Positions 8,413 through 18,218 of a DNA stretch of 64,000 nt are shown here, in pieces. Source of the DNA: a virus (taxonomy: Duplodnaviria; Caudoviricetes); IMG/VR virus record IMGVR_UViG_3300014205_000181, positions 64,001 to 128,000 of that record; one strand, given 5' to 3'. Under the pieces are notes generated by a model. It had not been told where the DNA came from, searched no databases, and saw only the letters and a list, made by a program, of their open reading frames with translations. Each line of letters opens with the position of its first letter. The stretch's first letter is position 1. The translations under genes were made by a program, and so were the position numbers.

Positions 8413-11400
8413 TTACCCACATTTAGAAATGCCACAAGAAGAACACTTTTCGCACCCTTCTACCTTGATTATTTTACCACCGCACTCATGGCAAGGTTTT
8501 TCATGTTCATATAGATATTGTTTAATATAAGTTTTCAACACTCTATTCACAACTGCTGCAAAATCTGTAATATCCCCGCTTGACTTTTTTAATTGCTTAA
8601 CAATAAATTCGTAATGAACTCCATGGCGCAATGCTAACGAAACCATTCTAGTCAAAGCCCGTTGATCCGAATCCATTAATGTGTGGGCTATATCGTCAAA
8701 TTTAACCTTAGAATTCCTGATTTGAATAGTTAAGGAATATAAACCATTCTTTTCCTTTGCGATCACCCCAGACTTGCAAGTTTTGGGAATGTATAGATCG
8801 TTCAATTCCCCAGCAAATAATTCATATGGCATGTTGTTAAACAATCCTACAGCGACAACCCATGGGACTCCCTTAATTGTACAATGATGGATATCTGCTT
8901 CTAATTCTTTTGGTCTTTTCGGAGAAAGGTTAAATTTTACCCCATCTGGTCTTTCTTCATTCATTTTTGTTTTTGCCGCTGAATTGTAGAGAACCTGTTC
9001 GTCTCTTGATCCGTCACGATAAACAGTAACACCCTTACAACCTAATTCCCATGCCATGCGATAAACACGGTCTACATCTTCCACTGTTGCTGTAGACGGC
9101 ATATTAATCGTCTTTGAGATAGACGAGTCCACATATTTTTGCATTTCTGCTTGCATTAAAATATGGTCTTCTGGGGAAATATCATTAGCCCCTTTGAAGA
9201 TGTTTTTTAAGCTATCCGGTACTTCTGGGATATTGATTGTTCCGGCTTCTTTCACTTTATTAATGATTGCAGATGCTTCTTCTGTGGTATAAGATTCCAA
9301 TAGTTTTTTCTCAAACCATTTATTTACTAATACAAGTTTTTTGCCATCTAATACATGTTTCATTGTGATAACTGAGTAGTAAGGTTCGACCCCACTGGAA
9401 CAGTCGCATATCATTGATAGAGTGTTGTGGCTAATGAATGAATTTGCGACATATGTGTTATTTTGTGGAACTTCTATATCTAATGTCATAGATGCGGAAT
9501 CTTCTATGGACATTATTTCGTCAAAAAACAAATCCATCCCTATTGTATCACAAAATTCCTTTTTAAGTCTGTCATTCCCCTTGATGTATCTATATTTATC
9601 TTTTCCAAAGCCCACCGACCCAAACCCCTTTTTATACACCCTATACATTATTCTGTCGCCAAAACTGGAAGGATCAGATTCCTTATCATAAGGTTTAATA
9701 TATGTATTAGTTCCCAATGCCCTCAGGCATATTGCTAAATCGAGAGCCATATTCTTTGAACAAGTATCTATGTATTCTGTATTTCCAGTTTTTGATCCGT
9801 CTCCTAACCAATATCCATGGATAAACGATTCAATGCTTTTAACAGAAGACATTCTCACTTTTAAAGGTATTGATACTAAATGGGCCTTGGGTTTCAGAAT
9901 TTCATTCATCTCTAAAAACTTAACAAATGGGATAGAATTAATGCATATACTCATGCAAGTTCCAGAATCATCATCTGTAGCATCAATGTTTATCGTATTC
10001 TTTATCAGCAGTTTGATTTCTGAAATTAGTTTTGATTCTTTTCTATCAATGTGTATCCTTATCCCCTTACCATGGACACTTCCATCGGCATAGATCAACC
10101 CTAGAAGGGTGGCGAATTCAGGAGTTATCTCATTGGGGAAAGATATCTCTTTATTCGCGCTAGTGTTGAATTTAATCCCATCACTCGTAAGTTGCTCGTT
10201 GGCTGTTTTGGCATACCCCCCTATTTTTGAGGCTAAAAAGTCTCCGGCCTTTAAATTATCTGCTCTTTCCCAATAGTATGTCTTTTCCTCAAAGTCATAT
10301 ATCCTATATTGATGATTAAATGTGCTTTCAAGTTCCATGCCCGTTTTTGTTAATATTTTTTTTGTCGGTTGCTCTCCATTGACATACCCCTTTGTTGCTT
10401 TAGTTTTTATATTTTCTTGGGGTACTTCATATTCTATTGGTTGCCATTTTTCTCCTTTTTCATTTACAATTTCGCCTAATTTAAGAATCCCTTTGTCTGT
10501 TATCACTAATGTAGATGGAGATTGGCAACCAGTAGGCGCAATTGTAGTAAGGTTGGCGTTTCTCCGCTTGGGACATCCTTCAACCCATCCTTTGTAAACA
10601 CCTTCTTTTTCACCTAATTCAACGCTCATTTCATTGCTTTTTTCTGCAATGAATCTCATAACGCCCCCAGCGAATTCTCTCCCGTCTTCTGAATCATAAC
10701 ATAAACCCATTTGGATAAGAAGGTCATGCAATCCCATAAGCCCGATGCCGATTTTTCTGGTTCTTTCTAACGCTTCTTGGCATTCAGGGATGGGCATTAA
10801 TGTCATGTCTAATACTCTATTCTTGAACAAAGTTGCAATTTTTATAACTTTTTCAAGCCTATCCAAATCTACTTTCCCATTTTTTATAAAATTTCCGACA
10901 TTAATCGAACCTAAAGAACACGATTCGTAAAATAAAAGCCACTGTTCGCCGCAAGGATTTGTTGTCTTTAATCTGCCAAGGTGTGGGACTGTATTTGCTC
11001 TTTCTGCTGTATCTCCAAATAAAACTCCAGGTTCCGCACTTTTCCATGCTTTCTGGCACAACAAATCCCATAGTTCTTTTTCCTTCCCGTCTTCGTCAAT
11101 CTTATTCATGAAATCATCTGATAGCAGAACGGATAAATTGTAATTGGTCAGCTTGTCTTTTTGTTCTTTGTAACGAATAAAATCAAGGATGTCTGCATGG
11201 GAAGCATCCAAAATCCCCATATTCGCACCCTTGCGCCTCCCGCCTTGTTTGATGGTATTAGTGCTGGTATCTTGCACCTCCATAAAGGACAATGGCCCAG
11301 AAGCCACTCCTTTAGTTGAATTTACGCTTGCGTTCTTCGCTCTGAGATTTGAGTAGTTAGCCCCTACCCCCCCACCACTTTTAGAAATCTTAGCAGCATC

Positions 11401-11670
11401 AGCATAGAACTTGTAGATTGAATCAATAGAGTCTTCAATAGGCAAAACAAAACAGGCAGAGAATGAATTAATCGATGTGCCTGCATTCATCAACGCTGGT
11501 GAATTGGGGAGAAAATCGCCATTGAACATTACATCAAAAAATGATTTCTTTTCTTCTTCTGTTTTTCCAAAGAAATTAGATACCCGATTACATAAATCAC
11601 TCCATGTGTTTTCGTCTGGTAGGTAGTATCTTTTTTTAAGCACAACTTCTGCCGTTCCAGTTAATTCCAT
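8413..11670 (-). CDS. nrdJ: Class II (B12-dependent) ribonucleotide reductase containing an intein
   Basis: 'FLPNSPALMNAG', 'SACFVL', catalytic 'TNPCGE', 'TIAPTG', 'GCKGVTVYRDGSR', C-terminal Cys-rich tail. No beta-subunit gene nearby. Confidence 0.9.
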   Translation of the reverse strand: MELTGTAEVVLKKRYYLPDENTWSDLCNRVSNFFGKTEEEKKSFFDVMFNGDFLPNSPALMNAGTSINSFSACFVLPIEDSIDSIYKFYADAAKISKSGGGVGANYSNLRAKNASVNSTKGVASGPLSFMEVQDTSTNTIKQGGRRKGANMGILDASHADILDFIRYKEQKDKLTNYNLSVLLSDDFMNKIDEDGKEKELWDLLCQKAWKSAEPGVLFGDTAERANTVPHLGRLKTTNPCGEQWLLFYESCSLGSINVGNFIKNGKVDLDRLEKVIKIATLFKNRVLDMTLMPIPECQEALERTRKIGIGLMGLHDLLIQMGLCYDSEDGREFAGGVMRFIAEKSNEMSVELGEKEGVYKGWVEGCPKRRNANLTTIAPTGCQSPSTLVITDKGILKLGEIVNEKGEKWQPIEYEVPQENIKTKATKGYVNGEQPTKKILTKTGMELESTFNHQYRIYDFEEKTYYWERADNLKAGDFLASKIGGYAKTANEQLTSDGIKFNTSANKEISFPNEITPEFATLLGLIYADGSVHGKGIRIHIDRKESKLISEIKLLIKNTINIDATDDDSGTCMSICINSIPFVKFLEMNEILKPKAHLVSIPLKVRMSSVKSIESFIHGYWLGDGSKTGNTEYIDTCSKNMALDLAICLRALGTNTYIKPYDKESDPSSFGDRIMYRVYKKGFGSVGFGKDKYRYIKGNDRLKKEFCDTIGMDLFFDEIMSIEDSASMTLDIEVPQNNTYVANSFISHNTLSMICDCSSGVEPYYSVITMKHVLDGKKLVLVNKWFEKKLLESYTTEEASAIINKVKEAGTINIPEVPDSLKNIFKGANDISPEDHILMQAEMQKYVDSSISKTINMPSTATVEDVDRVYRMAWELGCKGVTVYRDGSRDEQVLYNSAAKTKMNEERPDGVKFNLSPKRPKELEADIHHCTIKGVPWVVAVGLFNNMPYELFAGELNDLYIPKTCKSGVIAKEKNGLYSLTIQIRNSKVKFDDIAHTLMDSDQRALTRMVSLALRHGVHYEFIVKQLKKSSGDITDFAAVVNRVLKTYIKQYLYEHEKPCHECGGKIIKVEGCEKCSSCGISKCG
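9424..10527 (-). mobile_element. Intein (368 aa) with LAGLIDADG homing endonuclease, inside nrdJ
   Basis: Inserted at APTG|CQSP...ISHN|TLS, with N-terminal Cys, C-terminal His-Asn and +1 Thr. Internal LLGLIYADG and IHGYWLGDG motifs. Confidence 0.93.
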
Positions 11671-11695
11671 CTCTTCTCCTACTGTAGAGTTAATA

Positions 11696-11724
11696 AAAGG
11701 GAGGTAGCTTGCGCCGACTCCCTT
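11696..11724 (-). terminator. Hairpin with GCAA tetraloop and U-tract between dut and nrdJ
   Basis: Minus strand reads AAGGGAGTCGGC-GCAA-GCTACCTCCCTTTT. Confidence 0.55.
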
Positions 11725-11754
11725 GGTGATTGCTGATTATTTTAGACTAAACGA

Positions 11755-12192
11755 TTACTTTACTCCTGTGCTCCCAATACCATTCTCTCCTCTATCTGTA
11801 GACTTAATTTCATCAACTTCTTCTAACACTACATGAGGTTTCATAGAAATTTTACCTTGTGCAATCCTATCACCCTTAGAAATTTCAAATGGGTAAATCC
11901 CGGTATTCGATAAAATTACTTTAATTTCTCCGATAAAACCGGCGTCCGCACACCCAGGACTGTTTGTTACAAAGACACCATGCTTTGCCGCTAACCCAGA
12001 CCTCGATCTAATTTGTAATTCATATCCTACAGGAATATCAAAAATCATACCAGTAGGGACAATTACTGGTGGTTTATTCGGGTAAATAGTTTCATCAATA
12101 GCTGATACGAAATCAAAACAACAATCAGTTTCGTAGTTGTATTTTAAATCAGGGAGTGTTTTATCTAGTTTTTTATAATGAAGAAAGACCAC
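11755..12192 (-). CDS. dut: Trimeric dUTPase
   Basis: 'RSRSGLA', 'NSPGCADAGFIGE', 'GDRIAQ', 'RGENGIGSTG'. Confidence 0.95.
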   Translation of the reverse strand: MVFLHYKKLDKTLPDLKYNYETDCCFDFVSAIDETIYPNKPPVIVPTGMIFDIPVGYELQIRSRSGLAAKHGVFVTNSPGCADAGFIGEIKVILSNTGIYPFEISKGDRIAQGKISMKPHVVLEEVDEIKSTDRGENGIGSTGVK

Positions 12193-12205
12193 CTTTATTA
12201 TCTCC

Positions 12206-12232
12206 TTATCGGTATTTTGTTTAAAATCTTTA
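12206..12232 (-). promoter_or_regulatory. Sigma28-like promoter upstream of dut
   Basis: TAAA-N15-ACCGATAA on the minus strand. Confidence 0.65.
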
Positions 12233-12253
12233 AATATTTCTTACTAATTCAGA

Positions 12254-12793
12254 TTAAATTGAAACAATATTAAACGGCCCTCTTACTCCACCAGAAAAAT
12301 ATTCTGCTGATTTTAATGCCTGAATTACTCTTACTTCTGGATCAATTATATCTTCTTTCGTTGCATAAAGAGCACCTAATGCAAAACTTTCACCACATCC
12401 ACAAGCATTAAATTTATCAATTATTTTACCTACCTGGAAATCAGATTCTATTTTATATAGATTTTTATTATAGCCTAATAGAAATACCCCTCCTTGAACT
12501 TCGTTGTTATTGATTGTTGCGTAACCGTTATCCTTAAAACATTTAATTAACTCATCAATAAAGTTTGAACAAAGGTATTCGTAATCATCAATTCTTGGAT
12601 CATGGTCTGGAATTTTTAGTTTATAACGGATTAACTGCCCCATTCTGAAAGAAGACGTAAACCCAAAAATCATATTATTTTTCTTAAATACTTTCTCATC
12701 TGTTCTAATGCACACATCAAATCCAGTTACTCCTGCTGAATCTCCACCAATATATACTTTGCCTTTATCAACCAGGCCTGCGATACATGTCAT
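12254..12793 (-). CDS. HslV/proteasome-beta-like Ntn hydrolase
   Basis: N-terminal M-T-C-I, 'GGDS', 'K' at the expected position, 'ACGCGESFALGAL'. Confidence 0.7.
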   Translation of the reverse strand: MTCIAGLVDKGKVYIGGDSAGVTGFDVCIRTDEKVFKKNNMIFGFTSSFRMGQLIRYKLKIPDHDPRIDDYEYLCSNFIDELIKCFKDNGYATINNNEVQGGVFLLGYNKNLYKIESDFQVGKIIDKFNACGCGESFALGALYATKEDIIDPEVRVIQALKSAEYFSGGVRGPFNIVSI

Positions 12794-12801
12794 GCTTTCT
12801 C

Positions 12802-13377
12802 CTATCTCTTTAAAAAGTCTAAAATTTCAGTATAGTTTCTTTTAAATCTAATGTATTTTGATACATTGTTGATATCGTCTTTAATTATTTCAATACTTGA
12901 CCAAGAATTTAGATTGTTATTCGTGAATACAATCCCATATTGGTAATTAGATTCACAATGCTTTACAATAGTATGTGGATTATCATCAATTAATATTCCG
13001 TCTCTAGTGACTTTGTGCTTTTCTGATTCATGGATGACATTGATATCACCAAAGAACCTTTTAATATTATCATCTTTCGCTTCTTCTGTTCCGGGCCAGG
13101 AATGCGTTATGATGGATACATTGTATTGTTCTCTTAGTTCAGTTACAAAGTCAATTGCTCCTTCTAATGGTTTGATATTTGAATAAATATCTGGGTTCTT
13201 CCAGAAATCGTTGGCTTCTTTACCAAATGTTTCTTCTATCCAATCCCAATGCTTAATATGTTGTACCGTGATATTTGCTTGGTATCGGGTGTTGATGTAC
13301 TTTACCCATTCATGTGCTAGATTGTTTAAAGTACTATCAAAGTCAAGATAAATCATTAGATAATCTTCATTATTCAT
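12802..13377 (-). CDS. 5'(3')-deoxyribonucleotidase (HAD family)
   Basis: 'YLDFDSTL', 'KPLEGA', 'LIDDNP'. Start trimmed to the ATG at 13377. Confidence 0.85.
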   Translation of the reverse strand: MNNEDYLMIYLDFDSTLNNLAHEWVKYINTRYQANITVQHIKHWDWIEETFGKEANDFWKNPDIYSNIKPLEGAIDFVTELREQYNVSIITHSWPGTEEAKDDNIKRFFGDINVIHESEKHKVTRDGILIDDNPHTIVKHCESNYQYGIVFTNNNLNSWSSIEIIKDDINNVSKYIRFKRNYTEILDFLKR

Positions 13378-14128
13378 ACCAAAAGACAAGGCCTTTTGTT
13401 GTCTTCTTTCTCTCATGTAAAACATCACAAATCCCATGAGAAGTAGTATTTGTATCAATATTTGCTTCATAAATACTCAAATAAGTTTTCCCATTATCGC
13501 ATCCGATCTTTCTTCCTTTCATTTTGCTTCTTCCAGATTTCTTTTTAGTCTCTTCTGAATGTGTTCTCCCGTAAAAACCGTTATTGCCTCCGCTTAATGC
13601 TTCGCTTATTTTCTTTTTAGTCTCTTCTGATAATGTTTTGCCATACATGGGATTGTTTTCACCACTTAGAGAAATAGACTGTTTTCTTTTTGTTTCTTCA
13701 GATACTATTTTATTCTTAGAGGATAAAGAAAGCCTTTCACGATGTTGTTCAGAGAAAATTTTGCCATACATGGGATTGTTTTCTCCACTTAATGCTTCTC
13801 TTATTTTCTCCTTTGTCTCCTCACTTCGGAAATGCCCTTGCCCACCACCGGAAGTAAGATTATATCCGTTTGGGACCATTGTTTTTAATTCTTGAATCCA
13901 AGATATTTCTCTTTCATCCAGCTCCACAATTTCACATTCTTCTAAAATAGAAAAGTCAAAGTTTTCTATTCCGTATTTGTTGATCGAGTTATAGATTGGA
14001 TAATTTTTATTCTTTACGGTTGTTATATGTCTTTTCCATCTTCTTTTAACATTTGTACTTTGGCCAACATATAACTTGTTGTTTATTTTATTTTTTATTA
14101 AGTATATCCCAATTATTTCCCTCTTCAT
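13370..14128 (-). CDS. Free-standing GIY-YIG homing endonuclease with NUMOD3-like repeats
   Basis: 'GIYLIKN...YVGQS...R...GYN' and repeated 'SEETK.K.S..LSGENNPMYGK'. Confidence 0.9.
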   Translation of the reverse strand: MKREIIGIYLIKNKINNKLYVGQSTNVKRRWKRHITTVKNKNYPIYNSINKYGIENFDFSILEECEIVELDEREISWIQELKTMVPNGYNLTSGGGQGHFRSEETKEKIREALSGENNPMYGKIFSEQHRERLSLSSKNKIVSEETKRKQSISLSGENNPMYGKTLSEETKKKISEALSGGNNGFYGRTHSEETKKKSGRSKMKGRKIGCDNGKTYLSIYEANIDTNTTSHGICDVLHERKKTTKGLVFWYE

Positions 14129-14148
14129 TTAATCTCCTTAAATAATCT

Positions 14149-14697
14149 TTATCTTTTAATTTTTGCAATTTCTTCGTCCTCAATTCCTTTAAATCTCCTC
14201 ACTTTGTAATTGCCGCAAGGTTTGGGTTCTGGGCAGATAAATCCCCTATATATGCAATTTGGAACCATATAATATGCAAGGTCAGGATCAATCGATTTCA
14301 TTTCTTCACGTAAAGCTAATACAACATCCCGAGTCTCTTTGCTTGCTTTATAGCATAATCTCTTCCTGGCGATATGAAGGATTGATTCAGCATTCGCAAT
14401 AAGTCTATGATTTACTGGAGTGAACCGATCCTCTGTCCCATCTCCACCACGATCAATTCTCTTAGACCTTACGAATGGTGTAGTAGTAACATGCCTGACT
14501 AAATGGACGCTTACGAATGTTGGAATATTAATTAATTGGACTGAAAATATTTGGCTCCTCGTAATTGAATGTTCCCATGAATATATTTGTTTCAATGTTG
14601 ATTTAGCTACAAATTCAGCCCCCATTGTAGATTCTATACAAGAATGAGCCTCTTCAATATCAGTATGCTTAGTGATAATTACCTTAAAGTCATCCAT
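14149..14697 (-). CDS. Divergent flavin-dependent thymidylate synthase (ThyX-like)
   Basis: 'EHS', 'HLVRH', 'RLCYKASKETR', 'PNCIYRGFICPE'. Sits in the nucleotide-metabolism cluster. Confidence 0.65.
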   Translation of the reverse strand: MDDFKVIITKHTDIEEAHSCIESTMGAEFVAKSTLKQIYSWEHSITRSQIFSVQLINIPTFVSVHLVRHVTTTPFVRSKRIDRGGDGTEDRFTPVNHRLIANAESILHIARKRLCYKASKETRDVVLALREEMKSIDPDLAYYMVPNCIYRGFICPEPKPCGNYKVRRFKGIEDEEIAKIKR

Positions 14698-14932
14698 TGT
14701 TATTTCCTAATTTACTTTTAATATCGTCTAATTCTTCCCATGTGAAAAGAAGTTCATCATTAAAATACATACCACTTTCTTTAAACCCAATTTCTTGGTA
14801 ATTATGAATTATTTCCTCGTAGTCGTACCATACGCCAAACTCATTTATAATTTGTTCTCCTTTACTCATTTCAATAAACTCCTCATGGCAAGCTGGAATC
14901 CACTCCAAGATTTTATTAATAGCAAATGCCAT
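14690..14932 (-). CDS. Hypothetical protein
   Basis: ORF track; stop overlaps the next start. Confidence 0.55.
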   Translation of the reverse strand: MAFAINKILEWIPACHEEFIEMSKGEQIINEFGVWYDYEEIIHNYQEIGFKESGMYFNDELLFTWEELDDIKSKLGNNNG

Positions 14933-14941
14933 TTTACAAAA

Positions 14942-15145
14942 TTACTTTCCATATTGTGTACTCTTAAAAGCCGCTCCTTTCTTATTCTTAAACTTCGACG
15001 CTTGACGTTTCGTAACAGGTACTTCCGCTTTCGAACAAGCATTCTTAAATTTGTCGGACTCAAACACATTTTTATTCTCCGCTTGTTTTTCTTTTGCTGT
15101 AGTATCAAGATTTGGTCCAGTTACTCTTACCCATGATTTACTCAT
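14942..15145 (-). CDS. Small basic hypothetical protein
   Basis: ORF track; AGGAG RBS. Confidence 0.6.
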   Translation of the reverse strand: MSKSWVRVTGPNLDTTAKEKQAENKNVFESDKFKNACSKAEVPVTKRQASKFKNKKGAAFKSTQYGK

Positions 15146-15146
15146 T

Positions 15147-15695
15147 TTATTCTCCTTTGTTAAATAAATTATGTACTAATTGTTTAGCACTTTCTTCTAA
15201 TTGTTCTAAAGTTCTATTATTTTCAACTCGTAAATCATAATTAAAATCGTTTACATTTTGGTCTGCATGGTTATTTGCTGTTTCGTGTTGATCCCTCTCT
15301 ATAAAGATTGTTATTGTTTCTGGGTAGCGTTCTTTAAATCTAGAAATTTCATTTGGCTCTCTAATCATATAGATAATTGCTTCTTCTGGTTTTAATGAAT
15401 CGGCATTATCGCACATCATCTTAAAGGGATGATCTAGCCACTCAGAACTCCAATCCTTCAGCGAGGATAACATGTCCCTATTATATTCTGTCTTATTTCC
15501 GTCCCATCCCATAAGAGTAGCGCATTCCTTAACGACCTCTACGCTTGAAACTAAAGCGCCACAAATATTATAATTATCTAAGTGCTTAATTAAAAAATTA
15601 GCAAACGTATCTTTTCCACTTCTGGGGTATGAATTTATGATTATGAGATTTTTCTTTGTGTTTATCACTTCTCTATATCCTATAAAATTATCCAT
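15147..15695 (-). CDS. P-loop deoxynucleoside monophosphate kinase-like protein
   Basis: 'PRSGKDT', 'GWDGNK...R', 'IREPNE', 'NHAD'. Confidence 0.7.
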   Translation of the reverse strand: MDNFIGYREVINTKKNLIIINSYPRSGKDTFANFLIKHLDNYNICGALVSSVEVVKECATLMGWDGNKTEYNRDMLSSLKDWSSEWLDHPFKMMCDNADSLKPEEAIIYMIREPNEISRFKERYPETITIFIERDQHETANNHADQNVNDFNYDLRVENNRTLEQLEESAKQLVHNLFNKGE

Positions 15696-15698
15696 TCA

Positions 15699-16481
15699 TT
15701 AACATCCTTTATGTTCGTGGTGTTCTACACAGCAAAGTAATTGATGACTCATGTCGTCTGCCATTCCAGGATCTAAGCTCACCATAATATTGTGGTGTAA
15801 TGCTAAATCTTTTGAATCGAATCGCTTCCCGCACTTTTCACAATAATTATAACCGAATTCATCTATTTGAAGGTCTAGTAATGCTTTTCTATTAATATGT
15901 TGATTACATCTAGCCCGCCTCCTAACATTTCTTAACAATTTAGGGGTTGTTTGTGCCCTATAAGTGTCGCAACTATATTTACATCCATTGGAGCAATAAA
16001 AGTTTAGTTCTGTGCCTGGGGATTTTTTATTAAGTTTTTCAATTGCGGCTATCCTCCCAGATAATTGATCTCTTGTTGGCTTCATCCACCCATGACATTC
16101 GGAATATTTACAACGTACCAAAATACCCAATCCGTTGGGGTCGTCCATTATATCTTCAACTTGACAGAATATAGGATGTCTTTCTTGGTAGTCTTTAACT
16201 TGCATCGTCTGCCTTTCTATCGTAGTCTCTGTTTTATAGCAACCACAAGATGTTGTCTTCCCTCCCCTTAGGCTCGCTAAAGTATATTCTCTAATTGTTT
16301 TATTAGGGCAAGAGCATTGATCCAGCATTTTCCTATCTTCGCTCTTCCATCTTTCAACTTCGGACAATACAGTCAGCCTACCAAATATATGCCCAGTATA
16401 ATCAATGCCGGAGTTGAAATTTGTTTCTATTACTCTTTCTTTATTATAGCAACCACAAGATTGAGAACGCCCTCTTTTCAA
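15699..16481 (-). CDS. HNH endonuclease with SCGC repeats, N-terminally truncated
   Basis: 'FGRLTV...CSC...SCGC' repeats and C-terminal 'CEKC...LALHH...CCVEHH'. Paralogue of 19871-21013. Confidence 0.7.
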   Translation of the reverse strand: MKRGRSQSCGCYNKERVIETNFNSGIDYTGHIFGRLTVLSEVERWKSEDRKMLDQCSCPNKTIREYTLASLRGGKTTSCGCYKTETTIERQTMQVKDYQERHPIFCQVEDIMDDPNGLGILVRCKYSECHGWMKPTRDQLSGRIAAIEKLNKKSPGTELNFYCSNGCKYSCDTYRAQTTPKLLRNVRRRARCNQHINRKALLDLQIDEFGYNYCEKCGKRFDSKDLALHHNIMVSLDPGMADDMSHQLLCCVEHHEHKGC

Positions 16482-16545
16482 GTCACCGTGCCAGACTTCC
16501 CTCCTCGTTTTATTTGTTAATCAGCAAATATAATTTTAGCTGGCA

Positions 16546-16731
16546 CTATTCCTCCTTCGGTCTATATCCATCCATGTAAGCTGTAATTAATTTTGCTATT
16601 GGTTTGGGAATGATAACCTCGTTTCTAATATAACCATGAATGGTCCTTTCTCCGATTCCTAATCTATTTGCCAATTCCCTCTTATTCCATCCTATTTTCT
16701 TCCTAACGTTCTCAAATTCTTGGTAATCCAT
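16546..16731 (-). CDS. XRE/Cro-family HTH protein
   Basis: 'RKKIGWNKRELANRLGIGERTIHGY' and an AAGGAGG RBS. Confidence 0.85.
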   Translation of the reverse strand: MDYQEFENVRKKIGWNKRELANRLGIGERTIHGYIRNEVIIPKPIAKLITAYMDGYRPKEE

Positions 16732-16750
16732 ATTACCTCCTTAATATACC

Positions 16751-16778
16751 TTATCGGCATAATGTATGCAATACTTTA
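16751..16778 (-). promoter_or_regulatory. Sigma28-like promoter upstream of the HTH gene
   Basis: TAAA-N16-GCCGATAA on the minus strand. Confidence 0.7.
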
Positions 16779-16819
16779 ACATTATTTTGCTTGTACTGCA
16801 ATTTAATTTATTAAACGTA

Positions 16820-17422
16820 TTAATTAATCACCTTTACTTGTCCATTTTCAACCCTAAATAACCGATCCCCTTCAATATCAATTTGATCAGTCACAATTAA
16901 AAACTGAATACCCATTCTTGTACTAATCTCTTTTAATGTGTCGGAAATCCTTTGCTGATATTCTGAAGAATTTAATGCACTAAACGGCTCATCTAAAATC
17001 ATCAGTTTTCGTGTTTTTCTTTCTAATACAAGGAATGCTAGGCGGCAACCGATACTTATGATATTCGCCAATCCTCCGCCGCTTGAACCAAATATACTAG
17101 CTTCATTCCCATCTTTCAGGATAAATGCCTCACATTCGGTGCCGCCTCTTTTCTGAACGAAGCGAAGGCAAAATCTCCTGTCGTCTTGCCAAATATTTTG
17201 AATAAGCGGCGTAATTAAATTTTCAAAATAGCCAATCATATGTTGTTGTGTTTTCTCGGCAACCGACTGAATTACAGCTCTTGCTTCGAGAGAATCGGTT
17301 GAAAAAATCTTAATCGCTTCTAATTCTTTTACCTTAGTATCTAATTGAGAACTAAGTACTTTCTTTTCGGCTTTAATTGAATTAACTTTATCTCTAAAAT
17401 TTAGGAGTTCTTGTTTATTCAC
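16820..17422 (-). CDS. SbcC/Rad50 ATPase, C-terminal half
   Basis: Signature 'SSGGG' and Walker B/D-loop 'LMILDEPFSAL'. GTG start at 17422. Confidence 0.8.
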   Translation of the reverse strand: MNKQELLNFRDKVNSIKAEKKVLSSQLDTKVKELEAIKIFSTDSLEARAVIQSVAEKTQQHMIGYFENLITPLIQNIWQDDRRFCLRFVQKRGGTECEAFILKDGNEASIFGSSGGGLANIISIGCRLAFLVLERKTRKLMILDEPFSALNSSEYQQRISDTLKEISTRMGIQFLIVTDQIDIEGDRLFRVENGQVKVIN

Positions 17423-17621
17423 TCTTATCACCGTCAAAAGTAATAACGGAGAAAACCATCGGGCTATGATATAGGTCAATATCATATTTGTAGGCTGTCT
17501 TGAATCCTAAGTAAAATCCGAACCCCAACCAAAAAGACAATCCAGCTACAATTAATATAATCTTTGTTCCGCCCCATAATGAAAGGAAGAAAAATTTTGT
17601 AGATTCTTTAATTTTATTCAT
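17415..17621 (-). CDS. Small membrane protein
   Basis: One hydrophobic segment. Confidence 0.5.
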   Translation of the reverse strand: MNKIKESTKFFFLSLWGGTKIILIVAGLSFWLGFGFYLGFKTAYKYDIDLYHSPMVFSVITFDGDKSE

Positions 17622-17979
17622 TATTTTGTCCCAATAATCTGGCTATTAATTCTTTATCTCTCAATCTCATTAATAGTGCTATATGAAGAAGGTAAAAGAT
17701 AGAAAGCACAAAATGTCCATAGTATGTAAAAGCACACAATACCACAAAATCAAACGATTGATCTAATAACTGAGGTACTAACTTGGCGCCCCTTTTAAAA
17801 TGCTCTATTAGTACTTTATCAATTGAGAATGCCCATGCAGTAATTGCAGTTGACCATCCCATAAACAATGCTATATTTTTAAACCCTTCAATCTCATTGA
17901 CGAATCCAAGGAAGATACAAATGGCAAATATTCCATTTGACAACAGCCATTTTAAATAATGCATTAATCGTCTCCCCAA
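17614..17979 (-). CDS. Multi-pass membrane protein
   Basis: Several hydrophobic segments. Confidence 0.6.
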   Translation of the reverse strand: MGRRLMHYLKWLLSNGIFAICIFLGFVNEIEGFKNIALFMGWSTAITAWAFSIDKVLIEHFKRGAKLVPQLLDQSFDFVVLCAFTYYGHFVLSIFYLLHIALLMRLRDKELIARLLGQNNE

Positions 17980-18218
17980 GAATACTCATTTTTCAATTTT
18001 GTGTACTTAGTTTCAATCTGTTCTTTATAATCTCGTAACATTTTCTCGTTATCTTGGATCATTTTCTTGGCGTCATTGGTATTCTTAACCCCAAGATTAA
18101 CACCCTGCTTGGTTAACAAATCCATTTGAGCCTGTGCAGTGTTCAGTTCCTTTTCGGCCTGAATTATCTCGCTTTCTAATTCGTTTAAATCATCGTAGAT
18201 TTCATTAACTGTTGGCAT
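17964..18218 (-). CDS. Small coiled-coil protein
   Basis: Heptad-rich 84-aa ORF inside the sbcC/sbcD cluster. Confidence 0.6.
   Translation of the reverse strand: MPTVNEIYDDLNELESEIIQAEKELNTAQAQMDLLTKQGVNLGVKNTNDAKKMIQDNEKMLRDYKEQIETKYTKLKNEYSWGDD

Noticed and set aside
13370-14128. Group I intron around the GIY-YIG gene
   Set aside because: The flanking genes are complete and abut the ORF, leaving no room for an intron core, so it is free-standing.
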